Shown: positions 45,875 through 55,064 of the stretch, piece after piece
Layout of the letters: each line of letters starts with the position of its first letter
How positions within the stretch are numbered: the stretch's first letter is position 1
Assembly: GCA_965263065.1 (NCBI GenBank)
Contig: CBDHGH010000003.1
Location: 1,156,537-1,220,536, forward strand
Length of the DNA stretch: 64,000 nucleotides
DNA from: Dehalococcoidia bacterium
GTDB lineage: Bacteria; Chloroflexota; Dehalococcoidia; Bin125
Direction of reading: 5' to 3'
Made by a program: the position numbers and the translations under genes
The notes under the pieces: model-generated
What the model was told of the DNA's origin: nothing
The model's database searches: none
What the model saw: the letters and a program-made list of their open reading frames with translations, nothing else

Positions 45875-46729
45875 TCAGCCCTGCGACATGAACACCTGCG
45901 GCCGGCCGTTGTCCGGGTGCGGCAGGATGCGCGCCTCGATGTCGTAGCAGCGCCGCAGGTTGTCCGGCGTCAGCACCGATCCCGGCGCGCCCTCGGCGAT
46001 GATGCGGCCCTCCGCCAGCATCAGCAGGCGATCGCACCAGCGCGCCGCCAGATTCACGTCGTGAATCACGATCAGCACGCCCAGCCCCCGCGCGTGCGTC
46101 ATTCGCTCCAGCGCCTGGAAGAACAGCGACTGCTGCGCCAGGTCCAGGTTGTGCGTCGGCTCGTCCAGCAGCAGCACCGCCGGCTCTTGGGCCAGCGCCA
46201 TCGCCAGCGCGACGCGCTGCTGCTCCCCGCCCGACAACTGCCGGTAGGGCCGCGACGCCAGCCCTTCGATGCCGACGGCCCGCATCGCCCCCCGGGCCGC
46301 GTCGGTGTCGGCCCGCGTGTGACCGCGCAGCCAGCCGACGTGCGGCCCCCGCCCCAGCAGCACCAGCTCCTCGGCGGTGAAGTCGAAGGCCACCTGTAGC
46401 TCCTGCGGCACGAGCGCCAGCCGTCGCGCCAGCTCGCGCCGCCCCCAGGCCGACCGGTCGCGCCCCCCCACCCGCACGGCGCCCGCCTGCGGCCGTCGCG
46501 TGCCCGTGATCAGACGCAGCGCCGTCGTCTTGCCGCAGCCGTTGCGTCCCAGCAGCCCCACCATCTCCCCCGCCGCGACCTCCATGCTCACCCCGTCGAG
46601 CAGCGGCGCGTCGCCGTAGCGGAAGTGGATGTCGTGCAGCGCCAGCGCCGGTGCGATGCCGAAGGGGCGCCCCGTGGCCGGGACCGCGCGAGCGTCCATG
46701 CTGCGAACGGAGGGGGCGCTAGAAGACAT
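45875..46729 (-). CDS. btuD: ABC transporter ATP-binding protein, FepC/BtuD type
   Basis: Walker A GRNGCGKTT, signature LSGGEQQRVALAMAL and Walker B LLLDEPT. It overlaps the upstream permease by 11 nt. Confidence 0.85.
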   Translation of the reverse strand: MSSSAPSVRSMDARAVPATGRPFGIAPALALHDIHFRYGDAPLLDGVSMEVAAGEMVGLLGRNGCGKTTALRLITGTRRPQAGAVRVGGRDRSAWGRRELARRLALVPQELQVAFDFTAEELVLLGRGPHVGWLRGHTRADTDAARGAMRAVGIEGLASRPYRQLSGGEQQRVALAMALAQEPAVLLLDEPTHNLDLAQQSLFFQALERMTHARGLGVLIVIHDVNLAARWCDRLLMLAEGRIIAEGAPGSVLTPDNLRRCYDIEARILPHPDNGRPQVFMSQG

Positions 46730-47867
46730 AGTGCCCCCGCGCCCGGCGCAGCAGCAGCAGGAAGAACGGCCCCCCCACGATGCCCGTGATCACGCCCAGC
46801 GGCACCTCCGTGGGCGAGATCAGCGTCCGCGCCACGAGGTCGGCCAGCACGACGAACAGCGCCCCGTACAGCGCCGACGCCCACAGCAAGCGCCGTTGGT
46901 CGGGGCCGATGAGCAGTCGCAGCACGTGCGGCGTCACCAGCCCCACGAACGCCACCAGCCCGGCCGCCGCGACGGCCGCCGCCGTCATCAGCGAGGAGGC
47001 GGCGATCAGGATCAGCTTCGTCTGCTCGACCCGCACGCCCAGCGCGTGCGCGTGCTCCTCGCCCAGCGCCAGCGCGTTCAGCGGCTGCGCCAGCGCCCGC
47101 GCCACGAGCAGCCCCGTCGCGACGAACGGCCCCAGCAGCAGGAATTGGTCCCAGCCCACCGTGCCCACGCCGCCCAGCAGCCAGGAGAAGATCGCGCCCA
47201 GCCGGAACTGCGAGTCGCTCTGCGTCAGCATCAAGAACGACATCGCCGCCGTCAGGAAGGCCCCCACCGCGACCCCCGCCAGCAGCAGCGTCGTGACCGC
47301 CACCCGGCCATCGGAGCGGGCCAGGAAGTAGACCAGCAGCACCGTCGCCAGGCTGCCGGCGAAGGCCAGCGCGGGCACCCACGAGAAGCCGTAGACGATG
47401 AACCCCGCCTGCGGCGCGATCAGGAAGCCGATCACCGCGGCGAAGGCCGCCCCGCTGCTGGCCCCAATGATGAACGGGTCGACCAGCGGGTTGCGGAAGA
47501 CGCCCTGGAAGACCACGCCGGACGCGCTCAGCGCCGCCCCCACGACCGCCGCCGAGATCACGCGCGGCAGCCGGATCTCGCGCAGGATGGTCGCTTCCGC
47601 GTCGGTCCAGCGCTGGTCCAGATGCACGAGCGGCAACGAGTCGGCCAGGATGCGCAGCGTGTCCCCCAGCCCGATCGACGCCGACCCCACGGCCGTCGCC
47701 CCCGCCACCGCGCAGAGCAGCAGCAGCGTCCCCAGGCCGTAGAGCAGGGCCGCCCCGGGCACGCCCGGGCGGACGAGACGGCGCCCGCTCGCGAGGCGCG
47801 GCAGTGGCCGTTGCAGCGGCAGGCGCTGGGTGGTCATGGATCGCTCCGGGCCGTCATGCGGCGTCAT
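46719..47867 (-). CDS. btuC: FecCD-family ABC permease (BtuC-like)
   Basis: ~10 TM helices in a FecCD pattern. The start may be 47837 or 47867, both ATG. Confidence 0.8.
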   Translation of the reverse strand: MTPHDGPERSMTTQRLPLQRPLPRLASGRRLVRPGVPGAALLYGLGTLLLLCAVAGATAVGSASIGLGDTLRILADSLPLVHLDQRWTDAEATILREIRLPRVISAAVVGAALSASGVVFQGVFRNPLVDPFIIGASSGAAFAAVIGFLIAPQAGFIVYGFSWVPALAFAGSLATVLLVYFLARSDGRVAVTTLLLAGVAVGAFLTAAMSFLMLTQSDSQFRLGAIFSWLLGGVGTVGWDQFLLLGPFVATGLLVARALAQPLNALALGEEHAHALGVRVEQTKLILIAASSLMTAAAVAAAGLVAFVGLVTPHVLRLLIGPDQRRLLWASALYGALFVVLADLVARTLISPTEVPLGVITGIVGGPFFLLLLRRARGHYVF

Positions 47868-48915
47868 CCTCCAGCGCCTGGGCCTGCGCGAGGATCTCCG
47901 CGACCCGCTCCAGCGCGTCGAGCAAGCCCACCCCGACGTTGAACAGGGTGCTGGGCAGCGGCACGACCATCCCGTCCCGCACGGCCGCGATCTCCCCCCA
48001 GCCCGTGCGCTCGCCAACCTCCGGCACGGAGATGGGGTTGAACGACATCTCGTCCGCGAACTCTTTCGAGTTGAGCAGCAGGATCACCTGCGGGTCCGCG
48101 GCGATGATGCTCTCCCAGTTGACCTGTGGGAACGCGCCCTCCGCCCCCGCGAAGATGTTGGCGCCCCCCGCCAGCTCGATGATCTCCTGATGCAGCGACC
48201 CCGGCCCCACGCTGAACGGCTGCGCCGGCGTCGACTGATCGACCTCGAGGTAGACGCGCGCCGGCGATCCCGCTCCGGCGGCCACGGCCCGACTCACCGC
48301 CGCCAGCCGCTCGCCCAGATCCTCGGCCAGCGTCTCCCCCGCCGCCTGATCGCCCAGCAGCCGGCCGATGCTGCGCAGCTGCTCCAGCATCGTCGTCAGC
48401 CGGTCCGGGTAGGCCATCGCGTAGACCGGGAAGCCCAGCGCCCGCGATTGCTGCACCAACTCTTCCGTCCCCCCCACCGCGACCAGGATCAGGTCGGGCT
48501 GCAACTCCGCGATCACTTCGATGTTGAAGGTGAAGTTGTTCCCGCCCACGCTGACCGCGTTCGGCGCCTTGGCGAGCGAGAAGTCATCCACGCCCACCAG
48601 CCGATCGACCAGGCCCAGATCGGCGATCAGGTCCACGACTGACGGCAGCACCGCGACGACCCGCTCGGGGCGCGCCTCCAGGGTCAACTCGACGCCGGTG
48701 TCATCGGTCACGGTCAGCGGGAACGCGTTCAGGGCCGGCGCGACGCTCCGCTCCACGTCGGCCGCCGTCACCGGACCCGGCGGCGGCGGATCGTCCTCGC
48801 CGCCGCAGGCCGACAGCGCCGGCATCAGCAGCGCCAGCAGCCCGAGCAGCGCGAGCAGCGCGACCCCCCTCGACGCCCAACTCCGCTCCGCCGGCTGGTT
48901 CGTGTATCCGCGCAC
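47854..48915 (-). CDS. btuF: periplasmic-binding-protein (BtuF/FecB cluster-A) lipoprotein for cobalamin/siderophore ABC importer
   Basis: GTG at 48915 gives the signal peptide ...ALLALLGLLALLMPALSACGG with a lipobox. The PBP type-2 fold pattern is present. It sits downstream of a cobalamin riboswitch. Confidence 0.75.
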   Translation of the reverse strand: MRGYTNQPAERSWASRGVALLALLGLLALLMPALSACGGEDDPPPPGPVTAADVERSVAPALNAFPLTVTDDTGVELTLEARPERVVAVLPSVVDLIADLGLVDRLVGVDDFSLAKAPNAVSVGGNNFTFNIEVIAELQPDLILVAVGGTEELVQQSRALGFPVYAMAYPDRLTTMLEQLRSIGRLLGDQAAGETLAEDLGERLAAVSRAVAAGAGSPARVYLEVDQSTPAQPFSVGPGSLHQEIIELAGGANIFAGAEGAFPQVNWESIIAADPQVILLLNSKEFADEMSFNPISVPEVGERTGWGEIAAVRDGMVVPLPSTLFNVGVGLLDALERVAEILAQAQALEDDAA

Positions 48916-48974
48916 GCCATGCCCCTTTCCAGCCCTGGGGGGTCCGGACGTTGGGCGGTTCGCGGTGTCGGCGG

Positions 48975-49012
48975 GGCGAAAAAAACGACCCGGCCGGCGC
49001 GGCGGGGTCGCA
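48975..49012 (-). terminator. intrinsic terminator (expression platform of the cobalamin riboswitch)
   Basis: On the transcribed strand: GACCCCGCCGCGCCGGCCGGGUC hairpin (8 bp with one C/C mismatch), then UUUUUUU. On the + strand this reads cggggcgAAAAAAAcgacccggccggcgcggcggggtc. Confidence 0.65.
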
Positions 49013-49054
49013 CAGCGCCAAGCCCTTCCTCGAAGGCTTTTGCAGCGGTCGGGA

Positions 49055-49195
49055 CGACGCAGGTGTTCGGGCTTCCCCACCGGCCGCGGCGCGGCGGCGG
49101 GGCTACCGTTGCGGGACAGCGCCGGATTTCGACCGGCTTCCCCCGCGGCGTCCCAGTGATTGCGCGGTCAGTCTGGCAGCCGCTCCCCGGCCTGG
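49055..49195 (-). promoter_or_regulatory. cobalamin (AdoCbl) riboswitch aptamer
   Basis: The minus strand reads ...GCCAGACUGACCGCGCAAUCACUGGGACGCCGCGGGGGAAGCCGGUCGAAAUCCGGCGCUGUCCCGCAACGGUAGCC.... This matches the conserved cobalamin-riboswitch core (GGGAA-N-GGUGxGAAAUCCxxxGCUGxCCCGCAACGGUA) and a CACUGGGA element. Confidence 0.75.
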
Positions 49196-49650
49196 TCAAG
49201 CGCGCGGCCCGTCCCGGCCGGGCCGCCGTCGGCGCGCCAGACCGACACCCGCTCGACCCGCAGCCGGATGACGGGCCGATCGTCCAGCGCCATCGCGGCG
49301 TACTGCGCGTAGCGCGCCCGCAGCGCCGCGACGGCCGCCGCCTGCTCCGGGCCCGGCGCCAGCACCGACGCCGCGCCCCGCAGCATCGCCCAGCGCAGCC
49401 GCGACCAATCCTCGTCGTACACGTCGACCAGCAGCGCCGCCCGCGGGTTCTCCGCGATGTTGCGCAGCCGCCGCAGCCGCAGCGTCGTCTTCGGCTTCTC
49501 GTCGATGACCACGTACGCGTCGTCGTCCACCAGCGCGAAGACGACCGGCACGACGTGCGGCGCGCCGTCGGCGCCCGATGTCGCCAGCCGCCCCACGCGC
49601 TGCTCGTCGATGAAGCGCCGCGTCTCCGCGTCGATGGTCGGCCGGCTCAT
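49168..49650 (-). CDS. pyridoxamine-5'-phosphate-oxidase-like (PPOX-class, probably F420/FMN-binding) protein
   Basis: 160 aa, ...[33 protein letters not shown]..., a split-barrel FMN/F420 binding pattern. Confidence 0.7.
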   Translation of the reverse strand: MSRPTIDAETRRFIDEQRVGRLATSGADGAPHVVPVVFALVDDDAYVVIDEKPKTTLRLRRLRNIAENPRAALLVDVYDEDWSRLRWAMLRGAASVLAPGPEQAAAVAALRARYAQYAAMALDDRPVIRLRVERVSVWRADGGPAGTGRALDQAGERLPD

Positions 49651-49757
49651 GCTGGCTGCCTCATGCTGGCTACCTCACGCGGGCAGTATCGCGGCTATCA
49701 TCGACCTGCGCCGCTCGCCGCCCGCGCACGCACGGCTGCACACGATATGGAGTCGCC

Positions 49758-50051
49758 ATGGCCCGCCCCGAAAAACTCGATGACGCCACCGTCGCCCAAC
49801 GCGCCTCCGAACTGGCCGGCTGGTCCGTGGCCGACGGCAAGCTGCGCCGCGCCTTCCAGTTCGACGACTTCGTCGGCGCGTTCGCGTTCATGACCGCCGC
49901 GGCCCTGCAGGCCGAGAAGCTCGACCACCATCCGGAGTGGTTCAACGTTTACAACCGCGTTGTGGTCGATCTCTCGACCCACGACGCCGGCGGCGTCACC
50001 GACCTCGACTTCCAGCTCGCCGCGGCGATGAACGCCATCGCCGGCGAGTAG
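49758..50051 (+). CDS. phhB: 4a-hydroxytetrahydrobiopterin (pterin-4a-carbinolamine) dehydratase
   Basis: 97 aa with the PCD signature, including [14 protein letters not shown]...L.THD. Confidence 0.8.
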   Translation: MARPEKLDDATVAQRASELAGWSVADGKLRRAFQFDDFVGAFAFMTAAALQAEKLDHHPEWFNVYNRVVVDLSTHDAGGVTDLDFQLAAAMNAIAGE

Positions 50052-50071
50052 CCGCCGCCGGCCCGGCCCGA

Positions 50072-51046
50072 TCAGAGCATCGCCCGCAGTTGGTCGCGCG
50101 TCACGTTCGCGCCCGAGACGACCAGCACCACTCGCTTGCCCCGCAGGCGACCGCCGTCGCCTGAGTTCGCCTCGTGCAGCGCTGCTGCGGTGCTCGCCGC
50201 GCCGGAGGGCTCGGCCAGCACGTGCGCCAGGTCGAGCAGCGTCCGCACCCCCTCCTCGATCTCCGAGTCCTCGACCAGCAGGAAGTCGTCCAGCGACGCC
50301 AGGAGGCCCAGCGGATAGGCGAACGCGCCCGCCGTCGCCAGCCCCTCGGCGATCGTCGTGTTGGGCCGCTCCAGTGGCGTCCCCGCCCGCCACGAGTCGT
50401 GCAGCGCCGGCGCCTGCGCCGACTGCACTGCCCAGATCTGGGCCGGGTGCCCCAGCCCGTCGCGCACCGTCACCCAGCCGCACCCGCCCGACCCGCCCCC
50501 CGCCGGCACGATCACGACCTCCGTCTCCGGCCCCTGGTCCTCCAGCACCTCCAGCGCCGCCGTCCCCACCCCCGCCACCAGCAGCGGCTCGTCCGACGAG
50601 TGCACGTAGCGCAGCCCCCGCTCGGCCGCGAACTCGGCCGCCGCCCGCCGCGCGTCGTCGTAGCGCGCCCCGCGCAGCGTCACCGCCGCCCCCAGCCGCC
50701 GCATCGACGCCACCTTGTCGGCGTTCGCCCCCTCCGGCGCGAACACGTGCGCCCGCACCCCGAACAGCTGGGCGGCGTACGCGATCGACTGGCCGTGGTT
50801 CCCCGTCGATGCGACCACCACGCCCGTCTCGCGCTCGGCCGCCGGCAGCCGCGAGATCAGGTTGATGCCGCCGCGCAGCTTGAAGACGCTGATCGGGTTG
50901 GCCGTCTCGAGCTTCAGCGAGACGTGCGCCTCCAGCCGCTCCGACAGCCCCGGGCTGTAGACCAGCGGCGTCGGCAGCGGCACGTGCGCCGCGATCGTGT
51001 CGGCAGCGCGCCGCACGTCGTCGAGGGTGGGAGGTGGCGTCGTCAT
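50072..51046 (-). CDS. PLP-dependent threonine/serine dehydratase (fold-type II, catabolic-type, no ACT domain)
   Basis: The Lys motif region (ETANPISVFKLRGG), the glycine loop (SGANVTRDQ is Gly-rich) and the VASTGNHGQ motif are present. Its ATG overlaps the stop of the LRR gene (ATGA). Confidence 0.75.
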   Translation of the reverse strand: MTTPPPTLDDVRRAADTIAAHVPLPTPLVYSPGLSERLEAHVSLKLETANPISVFKLRGGINLISRLPAAERETGVVVASTGNHGQSIAYAAQLFGVRAHVFAPEGANADKVASMRRLGAAVTLRGARYDDARRAAAEFAAERGLRYVHSSDEPLLVAGVGTAALEVLEDQGPETEVVIVPAGGGSGGCGWVTVRDGLGHPAQIWAVQSAQAPALHDSWRAGTPLERPNTTIAEGLATAGAFAYPLGLLASLDDFLLVEDSEIEEGVRTLLDLAHVLAEPSGAASTAAALHEANSGDGGRLRGKRVVLVVSGANVTRDQLRAML

Positions 51047-54000
51047 CGGTACAGGCTACGCGCGATCGCGATTGCTATTTCCAGATCGTTGACGCTCGGG
51101 TGGATCGCGGTCACGGCGTATTCGATGCTCGTCTCCTCGTGGAAGATCTGCACCTTGGTCCGCGAGTCCGGCGAACCCCCCGGGTCGTATGACAGGAGCG
51201 CAGCGTGGCCGTCGATGATGCGCAACTCGGTAACCTGCCCAGCGACCGGGCGCGACGGGCCGCGCCTGCCCGCCGGGCGATAGTCGACCAGCCGGACTTC
51301 GGTCCAGAGCGCTTCGGCGCCGCCCGGTTCGTCGTATCGGGCCACTACCTGCACGGGGAGAGGTCCGTGTTCATCCCCCCCACCGTTTTGGGCCTGCGAG
51401 TGTGCCAAGGACCACCCCAGAGGCAGGTCCGGGTCGCGCCACAACGGGTGCTGCCGGTGCTGCGCGGGATCAAGCGATGGCCAACGGAGCGTTCCGTCGG
51501 GGGAGCGAGCGCCAGCGGGAGCAGCGATCGGAACCCAGCGCTCGAAGTGTCCGTCCCACCGCCGGGGATACAAGATGTATGGCCCGTGGCGGACTGGTGA
51601 CGTTATATCGGGAGAAGTGATGGTCGGGGGGCCCCACCGGATGCCGGCCGAGATATCGGCAGGGACGGAGCCCGTGCAGCCCGTGCCTGCGTAGGTGATC
51701 CAGTCGATCGCGAAGTGCTTGCGTGGCTCGGTGCCCGGCCGGTCCGGCATCAGGGCCGTGACTTCGTAGCGGATCCAGCAGTCGTCCGCCTCCCACCACT
51801 CGAAGACATCGCCCACCGTGGCCTCTTCGTAAGTGCTGGCGCGCGACATCCCCTCCGCATCAACCGGATGGATGCGCAACCCCGCGGCCTCCCCCCGCAA
51901 CCCCTCATACGTGGTGATCACGTCCCCGGCACTGTCCAGGAACGCGAAGCTGCCTGCGGTCGCCACCTCCCCCGACGCGTCGAGCCGGTTGTAAGGCGCG
52001 GTGCGGCGCGAGACCCTCGTCGCCGGGATCGGCCCCGTGAGTCGGTTGCCGTCCAGCCGCAGTTCCCGCAGCTTGGCTAGCCTGGCGAGTGATGCCGGCA
52101 CCGGGCCGCTGAAATGGTTGCCATCGAGGCGCAGTTCCCGGAGGTCGTGCAGGGATCCCAGAGCCTCGGGGACCACTCCGCCCAGTTGGTTGTCGCTCAA
52201 GTCCAGGAACCTCAGATTCGACAGGTCTCCCAACGCTCTCGGGATTGGGCCCGTAAGCTTGTTCCCGTCCAGACGCATGGACCACAGATTCGACAGGGCC
52301 CCAAGCCTCAGCGGGATCGATCCCGCGAGTTGGTTGTCGTGGAGCCTTAGGGACCACAGGTTGGACAGTTCTCCCAGTGCCGACGGGATCGGGCCCGTGA
52401 GTTGGTTACCGTCCAGCCACAAGTACTCCAGGGCGGACAGTTCTCCCAGTGTCGCCGGGATCGCGCCGCTCAACTGGTTCCCACTCAACCCCAGGACTTC
52501 GAGGTGGCGCAGATCTCCGAGTGCTCCCGGGATCGGGTTCCCGAGATCGTTGTCCTGCAACCGCAGTTCCCGCAGCCCACCCAGCGCACCGAGTTCCGCA
52601 GGGATCGTGCCCGCCAACTTGTTCCCACTCAGGTCCAAGTGCTCCAGTTCGCTCAAGGCCCCCAGTGCTGCCGGGATGGTCCCACTGAGTTGGTTATCGT
52701 TCAGCCGCAGTTCCCGCAGATTGGCTAGGGTTCCCAATTCCTCCGGGATTGTGCCTGTCAACCGGTTGCCGTCCAGCCGCAGATCCCACAGTCGGTCCAG
52801 CGCCCCCAGCTCCGCCGGGATTGCGCCCGCGAGTTCGTTGTCGCTCAGGTGAAGGGTTCCCAGCGTGCGCACGGCCCCGAGCTCGGCGGGAATCGGGCCA
52901 CTCAACTCGTTGTCGTTCAAGTCCAGACGCCACAGGTACGGAATGGCGGCCAACTCCGATGGGATCGGGCCGGTGAGCCGGTTGCCGTCCAGCCGCAGCC
53001 ACTCCAGGTTCGGCAGGGACCCCAACTCCGCCGGGATCGGGCCGCTCAGGCGGTTGTTGTGCAGCCACAGCGTTTGGGCGGGTAGCGCCCCTAGCTCTGC
53101 AGGGATTGGCCCACTCAGGTCGTTGTGGTCCAGCCAAAGATGCCGTGCGGACAGGCGCCCCAGCGATGCCGGGATCGGGCCGCCCAGCTGGTTGTGACCC
53201 AGATTCACCCAAGACAAGCGCGGCATGCCCCCCAGTTCCGCGGGGATTGGTCCGCTGAGTTGGTTGTCGTTGAGCCATAGCCACCACAGGCGTCGCAGAG
53301 ACCCCAACTCGGCGGGGATCGCTCCTGTCAGCAGATTGTCGCCCAGCCACAGGTCTCCCAGTTCGGCGAGTCCGCCTAGTCCCGGCGGGATCTGGCCTGT
53401 GAGTCCGCGCGACGTGAGATCCAGCCCGTGCACGCGCAGAGGCACTCCGCCGAGCGTGATGCCTTCCCACTCGATGATCGGGGTGTCGACGTCCCAGTTG
53501 AGCGTGGCCTTGCCGGCGAGCACATCCTGCACGGCGAGCAGGGTGGCACAGTCACTGACGAGGCCGGGGTGGACTCGGGGCTCGGCCACGACCGTGCCGT
53601 TCGCACACGGCTGCGCGGACACGCTCGGCGGGAGCGGCGGCGTCGGGCAGTCCTCGAGACCGACTTCGGCGAGGTCGTGACCGCGCACGTCCCGCAACTC
53701 CGGCGGGACGCAGCCCGTCAGCCCGGCGTTTCCCGCCAGATGCAGCCGCTCCAACCTGTTCAGGGACACCAACTCCGCCGGAATCGCGCCCGTCAACTGA
53801 TTGTCGTTCAGATGCAATTGCTGGAGTCTCCGCAGACGGCCCAGTTGCGGCGGGATTCGGCCCTTCAGACCTCTCGACGCCAGAGCCAGCCGCCACACGG
53901 GACCCCGCGACTCTCTGACATCGACCCCCTCCCACTCCCCCATCGGCCTCCCCGCATCCCAGTTCAACGACGCTTCGCCCGACAGCGCGTCCCGGATCGA

Positions 54001-54435
54001 CAGCAGGATCGCGCAGTCACCGACCAACTCGGGATTCTCCTCCGGCCTCGGAACCGCGATCCCGTTCTCGCACGACGCCCGTGCTTCCTCCTCTGTAGGC
54101 GGCTCCGGCTTCACTTCGGACGCTTCGACATCCCCCGAGGGCTCCTCCTCCACCGCCGACGCCGTCTCGACCTCTGTCTCCCCCTCCCCCTCTGCGACCT
54201 CAGCCGACTCGCTGGTCTCCTCTTCCGGCTCCTCCAGCTTCTCAATCTCTGCCTCGACCTCCGGCGCCTCAGCCTCCGCCTCCTGCGCCACGGCTTCGAC
54301 GACCTCGGCGGGCGCCTCCGCGACCTCCCGCTCCCCCGTCTCCTCCCCACTCCCCCGCAGCACCACCGCCGACACCGCGCCGGTTACCACCACCACCACC
54401 ACCAACAGCCCCAACACGACGGCGCGCACACGCAC
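51043..54435 (-). CDS. membrane-anchored giant leucine-rich-repeat protein, plant-specific (24-residue) LRR type with two LRRNT-like caps and unknown C-terminal domain
   Basis: An N-terminal TM (LGLLVVVVVVTGAVSAVVL), then a ~110-aa E/A/P acidic stalk. Two Cys-containing cap modules follow (CENGIAVP...DCAILLSIRDALSG...LNWD...WEGV and CANGTVVA...DCATLLAVQDVLAG...LNWD...WEGI). About 22 tandem repeats of LxxLxxLxLxxNxLSGPIPAELGx come next, then ~340 aa with no known motif. Confidence 0.8.
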   Translation of the reverse strand: MRVRAVVLGLLVVVVVVTGAVSAVVLRGSGEETGEREVAEAPAEVVEAVAQEAEAEAPEVEAEIEKLEEPEEETSESAEVAEGEGETEVETASAVEEEPSGDVEASEVKPEPPTEEEARASCENGIAVPRPEENPELVGDCAILLSIRDALSGEASLNWDAGRPMGEWEGVDVRESRGPVWRLALASRGLKGRIPPQLGRLRRLQQLHLNDNQLTGAIPAELVSLNRLERLHLAGNAGLTGCVPPELRDVRGHDLAEVGLEDCPTPPLPPSVSAQPCANGTVVAEPRVHPGLVSDCATLLAVQDVLAGKATLNWDVDTPIIEWEGITLGGVPLRVHGLDLTSRGLTGQIPPGLGGLAELGDLWLGDNLLTGAIPAELGSLRRLWWLWLNDNQLSGPIPAELGGMPRLSWVNLGHNQLGGPIPASLGRLSARHLWLDHNDLSGPIPAELGALPAQTLWLHNNRLSGPIPAELGSLPNLEWLRLDGNRLTGPIPSELAAIPYLWRLDLNDNELSGPIPAELGAVRTLGTLHLSDNELAGAIPAELGALDRLWDLRLDGNRLTGTIPEELGTLANLRELRLNDNQLSGTIPAALGALSELEHLDLSGNKLAGTIPAELGALGGLRELRLQDNDLGNPIPGALGDLRHLEVLGLSGNQLSGAIPATLGELSALEYLWLDGNQLTGPIPSALGELSNLWSLRLHDNQLAGSIPLRLGALSNLWSMRLDGNKLTGPIPRALGDLSNLRFLDLSDNQLGGVVPEALGSLHDLRELRLDGNHFSGPVPASLARLAKLRELRLDGNRLTGPIPATRVSRRTAPYNRLDASGEVATAGSFAFLDSAGDVITTYEGLRGEAAGLRIHPVDAEGMSRASTYEEATVGDVFEWWEADDCWIRYEVTALMPDRPGTEPRKHFAIDWITYAGTGCTGSVPADISAGIRWGPPTITSPDITSPVRHGPYILYPRRWDGHFERWVPIAAPAGARSPDGTLRWPSLDPAQHRQHPLWRDPDLPLGWSLAHSQAQNGGGDEHGPLPVQVVARYDEPGGAEALWTEVRLVDYRPAGRRGPSRPVAGQVTELRIIDGHAALLSYDPGGSPDSRTKVQIFHEETSIEYAVTAIHPSVNDLEIAIAIARSLYR
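51950..53450. repeat. tandem 72-nt coding repeats (24-aa plant-type LRR units)
   Basis: A periodic ...ctgttcccactcaggtccaag.../...ccgggatcgggcc... pattern every 72 nt within the LRR gene. Confidence 0.7.
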
Positions 54436-54499
54436 GGATCACTCCCGGTCCGTACACGCCTCCCCAACCCGCTCCCATCCTACGCCATCCGCGACGCCT

Positions 54500-55021
54500 T
54501 CACCGGTACTTCGACCGCTGCTCCTCCTGCAGGCCCGCGATCGTCTCCGCGGCGCGACCGTAGATGTCGGGCGGGTCCCAGCCGTTGATGCCGGCGTAGG
54601 TGTCGATCTGGCTGCGATGGTGGATGTCGTGCTCCGTCATCAGCAGCAGCACGCGCCAGCCCGACATCGCGCCGCCGCTGTCGATCATCTCCACCTTGCG
54701 ATGCAGCCACGCGTCCGGCGTCTCCGTGAGCAGCGACCACAGTTGCGCCGCGCTCTCCTCGAGCACCGGCAGCCAGCGCTGCCGCGTCGACACGTCGGCC
54801 TGCTCCGGGCTGACCCAGCCCTCGCCGCGGTAGGCGCTGGCGAAGTACAGCCGCGCCGTCGCCATGTGCCCCACGATGCCGTTGATCGTCCAGGCCTTCT
54901 CGCCCTCCCCCTGCGACGGCCGCCAGCCGTCGGCCTGCGGCGGCAGCGCCGCGACGTCGCGCAGCGCCCGCCGGTGCACGCCGCCGAAGTAGCGCAGGAA
55001 CTCGTCGATCGAAGTCAGCAT
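54500..55021 (-). CDS. DinB/YfiT-like (DinB_2) four-helix-bundle metalloprotein
   Basis: 173 aa with an H...H...H pattern (IVGHMATARLYF ... HDIHHRSQID), typical of the DinB_2 family. Confidence 0.65.
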   Translation of the reverse strand: MLTSIDEFLRYFGGVHRRALRDVAALPPQADGWRPSQGEGEKAWTINGIVGHMATARLYFASAYRGEGWVSPEQADVSTRQRWLPVLEESAAQLWSLLTETPDAWLHRKVEMIDSGGAMSGWRVLLLMTEHDIHHRSQIDTYAGINGWDPPDIYGRAAETIAGLQEEQRSKYR

Positions 55022-55064
55022 CGTGGCTCCCCTTCCGTCGCCCGCGCTTCGCGCCGGCGCCTGA

